Assembly: GCA_010028225.1 (NCBI GenBank)
Contig: RGOY01000001.1
Location: forward strand, 1-28,753
Source: Actinomycetota bacterium
GTDB lineage: Bacteria; Actinomycetota; Actinomycetes; Nanopelagicales; Nanopelagicaceae
Direction of reading: 5' to 3'
DNA length: 28,753 nucleotides
Part shown: positions 1-10,528 of the stretch, piece by piece
How the letters are laid out: each line of letters opens with the position of its first letter
How positions within the stretch are numbered: the first letter of the stretch is position 1
The notes under the pieces: generated by a model
What the model saw: only the letters and a program-made list of their open reading frames with translations
The model's database searches: none
What the model was told of the DNA's origin: nothing
Made by a program: the position numbers and the translations under genes

Positions 1-1091
1 GCGCGGAAATCGATGTTGTTCGTTCGAAGAGCGACTCGCGCAAACTTTGCATATCCGTATGCATCTTCCACTGTGACACGACCACCAGTGAGAATGGCAG
101 CGCGATTGACGCTCAATCCCTCTGCCGCAGCACTAAGCGCTTCAGGCCATGACGCTTCGCGAAGTTGACCACTCTCATCTCTAATCATCGGGGCAGTGAT
201 GCGATCTTGCTGGGCATACTTGAAAGCCCAACGTCCCTTGTCGCAATTCCACTCTTCATTGACCGATGGGTCATCGCCGGCAAGACGACGAAGAGTCTTG
301 CCTCGCCTGACATCGCTTCTCATATCGCAACCCGATGCACAATGCTCGCAAGCCGAGGAGGTGGAGACGAGATCAAATGGTCGTGCACGGAAACGGTAAG
401 AAGCTCCGGTCAATGCGCCGACTGGGCAGATTTGCACTGTATTTCCAGAGAAATATGACTCAAATGGCTCTTTCTCATAGATACCTACTTGTTGCAAAGC
501 ACCGCGTTCGTTGAGTGTGATGAATGGATCTCCTGCAATCTGATCGGAGAATCTGGTGCAACGAGCACAGAGAATGCAACGCTCACGATCTAAAAGAACT
601 TGTGAGGAGATATTGATCGGCTTCTCAAAAGTTCGCTTCTTGCCTTCATACCGTGACTCACCGCGACCATTAGACATCGCCTGATTTTGTAGTGGACATT
701 CGCCGCCCTTGTCGCAGACTGGGCAATCGAGTGGGTGGTTGATAAGTAGAAGTTCCATCACGCCTTGCTGCGCTTTATCTGCGACCGCAGAGGTCAGTTG
801 AGTATTGACGACCATTCCTGGCTCAACCGGAATGGTGCAAGATGCCTGAGGCTTGGGAAACTTACGGCCATTCACTTCAATCTCAACTAAGCATTGCCGG
901 CATGCACCAACGGGATCAAGAAGTGGATGATCGCAGAAGCGAGGAATCTGAATTCCAAGTCGTTCGGCAGCACGGATGACGAGAGTCCCTTTAGGAACGG
1001 TTACTTCAAAACCATCAATGGTGAGCGTAACCATCTCAACAGCACTCTCTATCTCACCCGAGTTTGTGCGATTGACTTCTTGGATACTCAT
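1..1091 (-). CDS. nuoG: NADH-quinone oxidoreductase subunit G (runs off the left edge; not in ORF track)
   Basis: Manual translation from ATG 1091, which overlaps the nuoF stop (ATGA): MSIQEVNRT...VTLTIDG...[22 protein letters not shown]...[18 protein letters not shown]...[11 protein letters not shown]...ICPVGAL...CEHCASGC...NCDKGR. These are the N1b/N4/N5/N7 Fe-S motifs. No stop seen before the window edge. Confidence 0.97.
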   Translation of the reverse strand, partial: MSIQEVNRTNSGEIESAVEMVTLTIDGFEVTVPKGTLVIRAAERLGIQIPRFCDHPLLDPVGACRQCLVEIEVNGRKFPKPQASCTIPVEPGMVVNTQLTSAVADKAQQGVMELLLINHPLDCPVCDKGGECPLQNQAMSNGRGESRYEGKKRTFEKPINISSQVLLDRERCILCARCTRFSDQIAGDPFITLNERGALQQVGIYEKEPFESYFSGNTVQICPVGALTGASYRFRARPFDLVSTSSACEHCASGCDMRSDVRRGKTLRRLAGDDPSVNEEWNCDKGRWAFKYAQQDRITAPMIRDESGQLREASWPEALSAAAEGLSVNRAAILTGGRVTVEDAYGYAKFARVALRTNNIDFR

Positions 1092-2392
1092 CTGGCACCT
1101 GCGCGTTCGAAAATCGTTGAAGCTGCAGGATCGAATGGACAGCCACCATTGCTCAAATGTTCGAGGTATTCCGCCCTGAAGTATTGGAGCGAGGAGATGA
1201 TTGGACTTGCTGCACCATCAGCGAGAGCGCAGAAAGATCGACCCATGATGTTGTCGCAGAGATCGAGCAACTTATCGAGATCCTCTGGTTTGCCCTCACC
1301 ATTCTCAAGGTTCTTGAGCGCCTGAACCAACCACCAGGTTCCCTCGCGGCAGGGTGTGCACTTTCCGCATGATTCATGCTTATAAAACTCGGTCCAGCGA
1401 AGGACAGCACGAAGAACGCATGTTGTCTCATCGAAGATCTGAAGCGCTTTCGTTCCAAGCATCGAACCGGCTGCTGCGACGCCTTCATAATCCAAAGGCG
1501 TATCAAGATGCGCATCGGTAAACATCGGTGTCGAAGAACCGCCAGGCGTCCAGAACTTCAAGCGATGTCCGGCCCTGATTCCGCCAGCCATATCGATTAA
1601 TTCACGGAGAGTGATTCCTAGTGGTGCTTCGAATTGTCCGGGATTCTTCACATGTCCAGAGAGTGAATAAAGCGTGTAACCCTTGGATTTCTCGGTCCCC
1701 ATCGAAGCAAACCATTGCGCACCTTTTTCGATGATCGAAGGAACAGATGCGATTGACTCGACATTGTTGACCACCGTTGGACGTGCATACAGTCCCGCAA
1801 TCGCGGGGAATGGCGGGCGAAGTCTTGGTTGTCCACGAAATCCTTCGAGTGAGTCAAGTAGCGCTGTCTCTTCGCCACAGATGTAGGCACCTGCACCAAC
1901 ATGAAGGACGAGTTCGAGATCAAAACCTTTACCTCGGATGTTCTTTCCGAGCAGACCATCCTTATAAGCATCTTCGATTGCTTGTTGTACTCGGCGAATC
2001 ACATGCGTTACTTCACCACGAATATAGATGAATGCATGATTGGCTCGAATTGCATAGGAAGCGATGATGACGCCCTCGATCAAGACATGAGGATTTGCGA
2101 GAAGAAGTGGTGTGTCTTTGCATGTGCCTGGCTCTGACTCATCTGCATTGACGACGAGGTAATGTTCTTTGTTATCTCCTTGTGGGATAAAGCCCCACTT
2201 CATGCCTGTTGGGAATCCTGCGCCACCTCGTCCACGAAGACCAGAGTCTTTGACCATCTGGATGATGGAATCTGGCTCCATAGAAAGGGCCTTTTCGACT
2301 GCTTTATAGCCACCATTTCGCTTATATCCAGCGATGGTGAATGAATCTTTCTGATCCCAGAAAGCGGAGAGAACTGGCGTCAAGGCGCTCAT
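1088..2392 (-). CDS. nuoF: NADH-quinone oxidoreductase subunit F
   Basis: [44 protein letters not shown]...CALADG motifs; position in the nuo operon. Confidence 0.98.
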   Translation of the reverse strand: MSALTPVLSAFWDQKDSFTIAGYKRNGGYKAVEKALSMEPDSIIQMVKDSGLRGRGGAGFPTGMKWGFIPQGDNKEHYLVVNADESEPGTCKDTPLLLANPHVLIEGVIIASYAIRANHAFIYIRGEVTHVIRRVQQAIEDAYKDGLLGKNIRGKGFDLELVLHVGAGAYICGEETALLDSLEGFRGQPRLRPPFPAIAGLYARPTVVNNVESIASVPSIIEKGAQWFASMGTEKSKGYTLYSLSGHVKNPGQFEAPLGITLRELIDMAGGIRAGHRLKFWTPGGSSTPMFTDAHLDTPLDYEGVAAAGSMLGTKALQIFDETTCVLRAVLRWTEFYKHESCGKCTPCREGTWWLVQALKNLENGEGKPEDLDKLLDLCDNIMGRSFCALADGAASPIISSLQYFRAEYLEHLSNGGCPFDPAASTIFERAGAR

Positions 2393-3027
2393 CTATTCTC
2401 CCCCGCTTTACCGTGAGCAATCTTCAAACCAAGGAGAGTCGGTTCTCCAGCCTGCACACCCTCACCTGCAAGACCATCATTGAAACCAGCAAGAACTGCC
2501 GATGCCTCTTTCCAACTCACGAGTCGATTTGGTCCACGAGTTGGCGCTGGGGGATTTCCTTGGCGCATTGCATCAACAAGATTCTTCGCGCTCTCTGGCG
2601 TCTGGTTGTCATAAAACTCCCAGTTCGCCATGACCACTGGCGCGTAGTCACATGCGGCATTGCACTCAATATGTTCTACCGAGACCTTGCCGTCAGAGGT
2701 GACACCATCATTTTCTATCTCAAGATGTTCAAGCAGAGACTTATAAATTTCATCGCCGCCCATAATGGCACAGAGCGTGTTGGTGCAGACACCTACATGA
2801 TATTGACCGACAGGTTTTCGCTTGTACTGCGTGTAGAAGGTAGCGACTGCATTTACTTCTGCAGTCTCAAGTTGCAACTTCTCGGCAATCGTCTCAATTC
2901 CTTCTTCTGTGACGTAACCATCGATTGATTGCACGTAGTGAAGAAGTGGCATGATGGCAGAGCGTGATCTCGGATATCGTGCGATGATTTTTGACATGGC
3001 ATCAAAGTGAGTTTCGTTGAATGGCAT
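2389..3027 (-). CDS. nuoE: NADH-quinone oxidoreductase subunit E
   Basis: VATFYTQY, [2Fe-2S] ligands CTNTLC and CNAAC; ATGA overlap with nuoF. Confidence 0.97.
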   Translation of the reverse strand: MPFNETHFDAMSKIIARYPRSRSAIMPLLHYVQSIDGYVTEEGIETIAEKLQLETAEVNAVATFYTQYKRKPVGQYHVGVCTNTLCAIMGGDEIYKSLLEHLEIENDGVTSDGKVSVEHIECNAACDYAPVVMANWEFYDNQTPESAKNLVDAMRQGNPPAPTRGPNRLVSWKEASAVLAGFNDGLAGEGVQAGEPTLLGLKIAHGKAGENR

Positions 3028-4376
3028 TAGCGATCAACACCACCCATCACAGGATCAATCGATGCAACAGCAGCAACAACATCAGCGACTTGGCCACCTT
3101 CGACCATGGCCGAGGTTGATTGCAGGTTGTTAAACGATGGCTCGCGGAAGTGAACTCGATAGGGCCGGGTACCACCATCACTCACAAGATGAACGCCTAG
3201 CTCGCCGCGAGGTGATTCCACGGCTGTATAGACCTGCCCTGCTGGTACTCGAAATCCTTCAGTAACCAGTTTGAAGTGATGGATCAGCGCTTCCATCGAT
3301 TCGCCCATGATGTTTCGAATATGCTCGAGTGAGTTACCTAGTCCATCGCCGCCAAGAGCAAGTTGGGCGGGCCAGGCAATCTTCTTATCAGCGACCATCA
3401 CGGGCGCACCCTCTAACTTCTCAAGTCTTGTAACGCATTGTTCAATGATTCGAAGTGATTGCTCGAGTTCGCCCATACGAATCAAGAATCTGCCGTAACT
3501 ATCTCCGGAATTGGCAGTGACTACATCGAATTCGTAATTCTCGTATCCGCAATAGGGCTGAGTCTTTCGAAGGTCCCACGGAAGTCCTGTTGCTCGAAGA
3601 ACTGGACCTGTGACACCAAGTGTGGTGCAACCAGCGAGATCGAGATAACCGACATCTTTCGTTCGCTTCACCCAAATCGAATTTCCAATCAAGAGCTTCT
3701 CATTGTCTTTGAAATTCTTTCGAAGTTCCGCCACTGTTTCACGAATCTTTGTTAGCGATCCTTGAGGTAGATCTTGCGCGACGCCACCTGGTCGGACATA
3801 AGCCATATTCATCCGAAGCCCTGAGATCGCTTCGAAGATATCAAGAACTTTTTCGCGCTCACGGAAGGCGAAGAGCATTGGCGAGAGCGCACCGAGCTCA
3901 AGAGCGCCAGTTCCAAGTGCGACCATGTGAGATGAGATTCGATTGAACTCCATCATCATGACGCGGATGACTGTTGCACGCTCTGGGATATCTTCAGTGA
4001 CGCCAAGCAACTTCTCGACGCCAAGACAATATGCGGTCTCATTGAAGATTGGCGCTAGGTAATCCATTCGGGTAACAAAGGTGACGCCTTGAGTCCAGGT
4101 GCGAAATTCGCAGTTCTTTTCAATGCCAGTGTGCAGATATCCGATACCGCAACGACATTCGGTGACCGTCTCGCCTTCAAGTTCCAACATCAGACGAAGC
4201 ACCCCGTGAGTTGAAGGATGTTGTGGACCCATATTGACGACGACGCGCTCTTCCTTGCTCTCACCGATCTCGGTTGCGATCTGATCCCAGTCACCACCTG
4301 TAACTGAATAAACCGTTCCTTCGGTTGTCTCGCGCGATGATGCATAAGGATCGTAGGTAGCGTTGAAGGTACTCAT
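3027..4376 (-). CDS. nuoD: NADH-quinone oxidoreductase subunit D
   Basis: [35 protein letters not shown] and C-terminal DPVMGGVDR. Confidence 0.98.
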   Translation of the reverse strand: MSTFNATYDPYASSRETTEGTVYSVTGGDWDQIATEIGESKEERVVVNMGPQHPSTHGVLRLMLELEGETVTECRCGIGYLHTGIEKNCEFRTWTQGVTFVTRMDYLAPIFNETAYCLGVEKLLGVTEDIPERATVIRVMMMEFNRISSHMVALGTGALELGALSPMLFAFREREKVLDIFEAISGLRMNMAYVRPGGVAQDLPQGSLTKIRETVAELRKNFKDNEKLLIGNSIWVKRTKDVGYLDLAGCTTLGVTGPVLRATGLPWDLRKTQPYCGYENYEFDVVTANSGDSYGRFLIRMGELEQSLRIIEQCVTRLEKLEGAPVMVADKKIAWPAQLALGGDGLGNSLEHIRNIMGESMEALIHHFKLVTEGFRVPAGQVYTAVESPRGELGVHLVSDGGTRPYRVHFREPSFNNLQSTSAMVEGGQVADVVAAVASIDPVMGGVDR

Positions 4377-5027
4377 TTAGCGGTACGACCTTCGTTGATC
4401 CGGTGGTGGAATTACAGCGCCCTTGTACTCGACTTCGATTCCACCGAGTGGATAATCCTTACGTTGCGGATGGCCGGGCCAGTCATCTGGCATCAAGATG
4501 CGAGTAAGAGCTGGATGACCATCGAAGATGATTCCGAACATGTCGTAGGTTTCACGCTCGTTCCAGCTATTTCCGGCCCAAACCTCAACAAGAGAAGGAA
4601 TGTGTGGATCTGAATCTGGCGCTGAAACTTCTAGACGAATCCGTCGATTATTGGTCATCGAAAGAAGTGGGTAGATAGCGTGAAGTTCGCGCCCCTTCTC
4701 ATCGGGATAGTGAACTCCGCTGACACCGAGGCAATACTCGAATCTGAGTGAAGGGGTATCTCGAAGAATTCTTGCTACTTCAACTAACCGCTCACGTTTG
4801 ATGTGAAGAGTTAACTCACCGCGATCTACAACAACACGTTCCACAGCATCGGAAAAAAGCGGATAAGCGCGTTCCAATTCGTCAGCGACTTCATCGAAGT
4901 AAGAACCATAAGGACGCTCACTTGATCCTGGTCTTACAGCTGAGCGAACTAATCCGCCATATCCAGATGTATCACCCGTGCCCTTGACGCCAAACATCCC
5001 GCTATCAAGCTCATTTACGTCACTCAC
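4377..5027 (-). CDS. nuoC: NADH-quinone oxidoreductase subunit C
   Basis: [18 protein letters not shown]...[10 protein letters not shown] signature. Confidence 0.97.
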   Translation of the reverse strand: MSDVNELDSGMFGVKGTGDTSGYGGLVRSAVRPGSSERPYGSYFDEVADELERAYPLFSDAVERVVVDRGELTLHIKRERLVEVARILRDTPSLRFEYCLGVSGVHYPDEKGRELHAIYPLLSMTNNRRIRLEVSAPDSDPHIPSLVEVWAGNSWNERETYDMFGIIFDGHPALTRILMPDDWPGHPQRKDYPLGGIEVEYKGAVIPPPDQRRSYR

Positions 5028-5578
5028 GCCAATAATCCCTTCATTTGCAGGGTTGGCGTCGCAGCAAGCGCTGCTGCTTCAGCAGCTTTCGCTACCTCTT
5101 GGCGATTGACACCGAGTTTCGAATTCTTGATCTTCTCATGGAGCTTGATAATCGCATCCATCAACATCTCGGGCCGTGGCGGGCAACCAGGAAGATAAAT
5201 ATCTACTGGGACAACATGGTCAACGCCCTGCACGATTGCATAGTTATTGAACATTCCACCAGATGAAGCACATGCGCCCATCGAGAGCACCCATTTTGGA
5301 TCTGCCATCTGATCATAAATTTGGCGGAGAACAGGTGCCATCTTGTTCGAGACTCGACCTGCGACGATCATCAAATCTGCTTGGCGTGGCGAAGCTCGGA
5401 AGACTTCCATACCAAAACGCGCAAGGTCATAACGTCCACCGCCAACAGCCATCATCTCGATTGCACAACATGCAAGACCAAATGTTGCTGGCCAGAGCGA
5501 GTTTCGACGCATGTAGTTGGCTAGACCTTCTACAGTGGTAAGTAGAAACCCACTCGGTAATTTCTCTTCGATACCCAT
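5024..5578 (-). CDS. nuoB: NADH-quinone oxidoreductase subunit B
   Basis: [35 protein letters not shown]. Confidence 0.98.
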   Translation of the reverse strand: MGIEEKLPSGFLLTTVEGLANYMRRNSLWPATFGLACCAIEMMAVGGGRYDLARFGMEVFRASPRQADLMIVAGRVSNKMAPVLRQIYDQMADPKWVLSMGACASSGGMFNNYAIVQGVDHVVPVDIYLPGCPPRPEMLMDAIIKLHEKIKNSKLGVNRQEVAKAAEAAALAATPTLQMKGLLA

Positions 5579-5938
5579 TTAGTCCCACTCCAATCCACCG
5601 CGGCGCCAGACATAGAGATAGGCGACGAAGATGGTCGAGATGAAGAGCGCCATTTCCACCAATCCGAAGACTCCGAGTTCATCAAAGGTCACAGCCCAGG
5701 GATAGAGGAAGACAATTTCAATATCGAAGATGATGAAGAGCATCGCGGTAAGGAAGTACTTGACCGGAAATCGTCCACCACCTTGTGCCTGTGGACTTGG
5801 CTCTATTCCGCACTCATATGCATCAGCCTTCGCGCGGTTGTAACGCTTAGGGCCAGTAAGTGCTCCAGCTACGAGTGAGATCAATCCGAACCCGAATCCG
5901 ACCGCGAAAACGGCGATGATCGGCACGTAGGGGTTCAC
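5579..5938 (-). CDS. nuoA: NADH-quinone oxidoreductase subunit A
   Basis: YECG loop, three hydrophobic helices, FIIFDIE, end LEWD. GTG start with AGGA upstream. Confidence 0.97.
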   Translation of the reverse strand: MNPYVPIIAVFAVGFGFGLISLVAGALTGPKRYNRAKADAYECGIEPSPQAQGGGRFPVKYFLTAMLFIIFDIEIVFLYPWAVTFDELGVFGLVEMALFISTIFVAYLYVWRRGGLEWD

Positions 5939-5982
5939 AAGGGGTCATCCTAAATGGGGGTATTGAGAGGGAGAAATCGGGA

Positions 5983-6670
5983 TTACTTGCGGGCGGTGTG
6001 AACTGCGACAACCCCGAAGGTGAGATTCTCCCAACGGACCTCTCGCCACCCACTCTTTGCCATGATTTCAGCAAGATCTGCTTGATTCGGCCATGCAATG
6101 ATCGACTCAGCGAGATAGTCATAGGCCTCTGGATTGTGAGTGAAGATTCGAGCGACTCTCGGTAATAACCGCATCAGATACTTGAGATAGATAGAGCGAG
6201 ATTCGTGATGTCGGATGAGAGAACTCGACGACATAGATTGATCCGCTCTCCTTCGTTACACGAAGCGCCTCACTTAATGCTTTTGATATGTCATGAGTAT
6301 TTCGAAGTCCGAAGGAAATAGTCGTGACATCGAACGTTGAATTTGCAAACCCAAGTGCGAGGGCATCCCCATGGATGAAAGTAATCTCAGGTCGAAGTCG
6401 CCTGCCTTCTTCCAACATTCCTTCTGAGAAATCAAGTGCAGTTACATCTGCCCCGGCCTTGGCAAGCGGCGCACTTGACGCGCCAGTGCCTGCAGCAATA
6501 TCGAGAATCTTCATTCCAGGTTTCGGGGAAATCAGCTTGGTCACACTATTTCGCCAACGCTTGGTTTGGCCAAGGCTCAATAGATCATTAAGCAGGTCAT
6601 AGCGACGAGCGACGCGGTCGAACATGCGTGAGACATCATCAGGTTCTTTGTTGAGATCCGCTCGAGTCAC
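5983..6670 (-). pseudogene. menG: Demethylmenaquinone methyltransferase split by a frameshift near 6199
   Basis: N-part 6670..6119: MFDRVARRYDLLNDLLSLG, ILDIAAGTG, GDAL, TISFGLRN, VEFSHPT. C-part in another frame (ORF 5983..6234): [10 protein letters not shown]...[16 protein letters not shown]...[10 protein letters not shown]. Adding 2 nt gives a 229-aa product, a typical MenG length. Confidence 0.9.
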
Positions 6671-6689
6671 CTTCCCATCTTTGTCGGGC

Positions 6690-6695
6690 TAGGCT
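6690..6695 (+). promoter_or_regulatory. Putative -10 box (TAGGCT) for menF
   Basis: TANNNT hexamer in the 51-bp menG/menF divergent gap, inside the inverted repeat GGCTA-N5-TAGCC. Confidence 0.45.
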
Positions 6696-6721
6696 GTAGC
6701 CACAAATCGAAGCGCTCAACA

Positions 6722-7975
6722 TTGAAGAACTTTGGGGAAATCGTGAAGCAAAAGGTGCGAAGTGAAGTGCTCACCGATGCTCCTTCCCTTATAGATGTGA
6801 GCTGGCAAGCGGGCCCCGAATCTGAACCACTCGCGTGGATCAAGGGTGAGGAGGGGCTAATTGGATTTGGCGAGTACGCGCGAATCCAAGTACAAGGCCG
6901 TGACCGTTTCGCACGTGCTCGAGATTGGTGGCAGAGCAAACTTCGAGACTTCGAAATCCATAACAATGTCCATGGATCAGGGACTGGGCCAATTCTCTTT
7001 GCATCATTCTCCTTTGATGAGAAAGAACCTTCTTATCTAGTGATCCCTCGCGTTGTGGTCGGGCGACGTGGCGAAAAGAGATGGATTACCTGGATCGGCC
7101 ATGAAAGTGAGCCAGCACTGCAACACCTCGACCCACGAGCAACCCCCATAGAGATTGAATGGAAAGGTTGGAACGGAGACCTTTGGCGAAGTCGAGTCTC
7201 AGAACTCATCAATCGAATAAAAGGGGGAAGTGTTGAGAAAGTTGTCCTTGCTCGGTCGTTAGATGGAAGCGCATCTAAACCGCTCAGCTCACGACGAATA
7301 CTTAAACTTCTTCATCAACAATATCCAACGACCTGGTCTTTCCTTCATACTGGACTGATTGGCGCAACACCCGAACTTCTTGTACGTCTCAGCAAATCGA
7401 TGATTACTTCTCGAGTCCTTGCGGGGACTATCAAACGGACCGGGGATGACGAGCGCGACTTATCACTTGCTGCATCGCTTGCTAGATCATCTAAGGATCT
7501 TGAAGAGCACGAGTATGCAGTCCGCTCAGTTGCTGATGCGATTTCACCTATCTGTTCATCGATCAATGCGCCTGAATCTCCCTTTGTCTTGCATCTGGCT
7601 AATGTGATGCATCTTGCGACTGACGTAACTGGAGTTCTCAACGACTCGGCAAATCCCCCTGACATTCTCGACGCTCTTGAGCGACTACATCCGTCAGCAG
7701 CAGTCTGCGGAACTCCGCGCGATAAAGCGCAAGCAGCAATAGAAGAGGTGGAGGGATCGATGCGTGGCCGCTACGCAGGTCCAGTCGGCTGGATTGATAT
7801 CAGAATGGATGGGGAATTCGGCATTGCTTTGAGATGTGGACAGATTGATGAAAGTAAGCGCCAGATAAGGATCTATGCCGGTTGTGGCATCGTCGCAGGT
7901 TCTGACCCTGATGATGAATATGCCGAGAGCGAGGCCAAGTTACTGCCGATGCGCTCTGCTCTTGCTGCTCATTAA
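6722..7975 (+). CDS. menF: Isochorismate synthase (start may be GTG 6743, which follows GGGGA)
   Basis: EKVVLAR, GATPELL, LAGT, KDLEEHEY, LHPSAAVCG, RGRYAGPVGW, ALRCG, AGCGIVAGS; located in the men cluster. Confidence 0.92.
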   Translation: MKNFGEIVKQKVRSEVLTDAPSLIDVSWQAGPESEPLAWIKGEEGLIGFGEYARIQVQGRDRFARARDWWQSKLRDFEIHNNVHGSGTGPILFASFSFDEKEPSYLVIPRVVVGRRGEKRWITWIGHESEPALQHLDPRATPIEIEWKGWNGDLWRSRVSELINRIKGGSVEKVVLARSLDGSASKPLSSRRILKLLHQQYPTTWSFLHTGLIGATPELLVRLSKSMITSRVLAGTIKRTGDDERDLSLAASLARSSKDLEEHEYAVRSVADAISPICSSINAPESPFVLHLANVMHLATDVTGVLNDSANPPDILDALERLHPSAAVCGTPRDKAQAAIEEVEGSMRGRYAGPVGWIDIRMDGEFGIALRCGQIDESKRQIRIYAGCGIVAGSDPDDEYAESEAKLLPMRSALAAH

Positions 7976-7992
7976 TTTCTGAATTGCACTAG

Positions 7993-9573
7993 TCAACCGA
8001 TGGCGAGAGAAGCAAACCTCTCATTGATTGATTTGAGGTTTTGAGCATTCTCATCTCGAGAAGGCATCTTCGCAATAATCACTTTGATGCCTCTTCCAGC
8101 GCCTTTTTCCTCTATCTCAGCGAGAAGGTCGCTCACGTTATCCACCTCTACCGCTTTGAGTCCCATCGCAGTCGCGATCTTTTTGATTGATTGGCCATGG
8201 GGAGTGCCAAAGACTTCTTCGAAGTTATCTACCCCCGCCTGAGGAAGTGTGGAGAAAATTCCTCCACCATCATTATCAACAACTACCAGAGTCAAGTTCT
8301 CATCGATTTGGTTTGTCAGACTGGAAAGATCATGAAGGAATGCAAGATCACCGATCAAGGCAACGGTCGTCTGATGCTTCGTTGCGATTCCCATTGCAGT
8401 CGAGATATTCCCATCGATTCCAGCAAGACCGCGGTTGGCAAATACGCGCTTCATTGAACCTTTCGAATCCCCTAGAGCGAAGGCTTCTACATCTCGAATT
8501 GGACGTGATGAGGAGATGAATAACGCATCGCACTTCACTTGCCCTATTGCTGCAGCGACTCGACCCTCGCTCCACTCGGCACTCGATGAGATCGCTTCTT
8601 GGGCAAAGCCAAAGTAACGAAGCCAGTTATTTCGCCAAGTGGAATCGGCACTCGTCGCTAAGACTTGGGGTAGAACATGGTGGATCTCATCAGCACTTCG
8701 ACGAGTATCGATATCTTCAATGCGCGGATCGATGACCATGATCTTCTTCGCTGAAGAAATGTAGGTATTGAAGGAACGGTGCAACGTAGTTCGTCCTATG
8801 ACGATCACTAACTCTGCTTCAAGTTCTTTTCGAACCTCTTGTGAGGAGAGGATCACTGAGGCATGCGGCACAGCATCCGAGAATGAAAGTGGATCTTCAC
8901 TGATAGCGACGCCACCCGTCGCATCAACAAAGGACTTGACGCTCTCGACTGAGAATCCTGCGCGATCGTGACCGATTACTACAAGAACTTTCTTCTGCGA
9001 GATCCAGATTTCACCAGGTACAACTGTCTTCTCAAGAGGTGGAACCACTTTAAGGTTTTCAAAAGGATCTAAATTCCCATCAGGAATCAAAGGCTCATCG
9101 AATTGAAGGTTGAAATGCACTGGCCCCCGATGGGAGAGCGAGGAATTGAGCTCGAATGGTGTTGATGCATCGATAGCTTTCGTAACGAAGTTGCTAAAGA
9201 TTCCATGCTGCAACGTCGTTTGATTTGAACCAGTCTTTCTAAGCCGCTCAGGACGGTCTGCAGTTAGAAGAAGCAAGCGATCACCACTGTGATACGCCTC
9301 GAGAACTGCTGGAAAGAGATTGGCAACGGCAGTTCCGCTCGTGACAACGACTGGAACATAGCGATTGGTTGCCTTGGCAATGCCGAGTGCAAAGAAGGCG
9401 GCACTTCGCTCATCGATTCTCACATGCACTCGCACCAGACCTACATCGCGCGCCTCCGCAAAAGCAAGGCTCAGCGGTGCATTTCTCGAGCCAGGCGAGA
9501 TCACGACATCAGAGATTCCCGATTCAATCAATCGTCGGACTAAGTGGCGTGCAAGATGGGTCGAGGAGTTCAT
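7993..9573 (-). CDS. menD: SEPHCHC synthase (ThDP enzyme)
   Basis: SPGSRNAPL, IDERSAAFFALG, TSGTAVAN, TADRP, ANRGLAGIDG, GDLAFLHD...DNDGGGIF. Confidence 0.96.
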   Translation of the reverse strand: MNSSTHLARHLVRRLIESGISDVVISPGSRNAPLSLAFAEARDVGLVRVHVRIDERSAAFFALGIAKATNRYVPVVVTSGTAVANLFPAVLEAYHSGDRLLLLTADRPERLRKTGSNQTTLQHGIFSNFVTKAIDASTPFELNSSLSHRGPVHFNLQFDEPLIPDGNLDPFENLKVVPPLEKTVVPGEIWISQKKVLVVIGHDRAGFSVESVKSFVDATGGVAISEDPLSFSDAVPHASVILSSQEVRKELEAELVIVIGRTTLHRSFNTYISSAKKIMVIDPRIEDIDTRRSADEIHHVLPQVLATSADSTWRNNWLRYFGFAQEAISSSAEWSEGRVAAAIGQVKCDALFISSSRPIRDVEAFALGDSKGSMKRVFANRGLAGIDGNISTAMGIATKHQTTVALIGDLAFLHDLSSLTNQIDENLTLVVVDNDGGGIFSTLPQAGVDNFEEVFGTPHGQSIKKIATAMGLKAVEVDNVSDLLAEIEEKGAGRGIKVIIAKMPSRDENAQNLKSINERFASLAIG

Positions 9574-10521
9574 CTATATAAGTTCCTGATAACTCTCACG
9601 TACACGATTCTGCCACCACTGGCTTCGCTCTTCGGCTACTCCAAACTCATCTAAACCTCTCGGAATGACATCGCTCACATCAATCTCTCCATCTCTAATC
9701 TCATGTTGAGCGACATCTGATCCAAAAAGCGATCCAGTGGCAAGACCGGCATCGAATACTTGATTACCTAGAGCCGATTGCAGCTTTAATCCTCGCGAAA
9801 TTCCTACTGCGCTCTCTAATGCGCTCGAGACGACTACAGGAAGACCGAAGTGATCTGCAATCTTCATAGACTGTCGAATTCCTCCGAGCGGCGAAACCTT
9901 CAGCACCAAAAGATCAGCAGCGCCCTTGAGGTCAAGTGCGAGAGGTTCACTCGTCTTACGAAGAATCTCATCGATGGCAATGGGAACGTCGCACTCTCGC
10001 CTCAGTTCACGAAGCTCTTCAAGGCTATTGCAAGGTTGTTCTACATATTCCAACGCATCACCTAATCGTTGACGTAACACTTCCAATCGACTTCGAGCTT
10101 GATTCACGCCCCAACTTCCATTGACATCAATGCGGATGCTGGGTGCCACTGCCCTCACACTTTCAATGCGAGCAAGGTCTGCTTTCTCATCTTCTGTGAC
10201 CTTGACCTTCACAGTCTTTACCCCTGGATAACGCTCCATGAGAGATGCGATTCGATCAGGATCATTGATTGCCGGCATCGTGGCATTGACCCGCACTTTC
10301 TTGAGAAGTTGCGGAAAGGGCTGCTCGAATGCAGCCTCGATTCCGGCGGCTAGCCAGCGAGAAGATTCCTGGGCACCATATTCAAGAAAGGGAGAGAACT
10401 CTCCCCAGCCATGAGGTCCTTCGATTAAGGCAATCTCTCTGCTCTGAATTCCGCGAAACGGAGTATTGAGATCAAGTCTGATCAGATGAATTGAATCAAG
10501 TAACTCGGTAAGGCCAACCAT
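9574..10521 (-). CDS. menC: o-succinylbenzoate synthase, actinobacterial type
   Basis: GWGEFSPFLEY, VNAT, KVKV, IRIDVNG, EYVEQP, AIDE, LKVSPLGG, VVSSALES. Confidence 0.94.
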   Translation of the reverse strand: MVGLTELLDSIHLIRLDLNTPFRGIQSREIALIEGPHGWGEFSPFLEYGAQESSRWLAAGIEAAFEQPFPQLLKKVRVNATMPAINDPDRIASLMERYPGVKTVKVKVTEDEKADLARIESVRAVAPSIRIDVNGSWGVNQARSRLEVLRQRLGDALEYVEQPCNSLEELRELRRECDVPIAIDEILRKTSEPLALDLKGAADLLVLKVSPLGGIRQSMKIADHFGLPVVVSSALESAVGISRGLKLQSALGNQVFDAGLATGSLFGSDVAQHEIRDGEIDVSDVIPRGLDEFGVAEERSQWWQNRVRESYQELI

Positions 10522-10528
10522 CGCGTTC

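Noticed and set aside
181-200. Suspected frameshift in nuoG near the GGGG run
   Set aside because: Recounting shows four G's and an intact frame ([11 protein letters not shown]).
2341-2928. 195-aa ORF antisense to nuoE, and similar shadows at 894..1325, 7345..7665, 15908..16282 and 21016..21441
   Set aside because: They overlap conserved genes, have no recognisable motifs and no start signals; expected shadow ORFs.
5923-5940. Possible Rex operator at the nuoA start (TTGTGAA on the minus strand)
   Set aside because: Only a half-site; the second half (TACGTGC) does not match TTCACAA, and no rex gene is in the window.
6682-6703. TGTCGG resembling the PafBC/RecA-NDp motif
   Set aside because: The spacing to a TANNNT box is wrong, and menF is not a DNA-repair gene. 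No such motif was found upstream of XPB or its partner.
6667-6966. 99-aa minus-strand ORF ending on the menG start codon
   Set aside because: Mostly antisense to menF with no motif; the stop/start overlap alone is not enough to call a leader gene.
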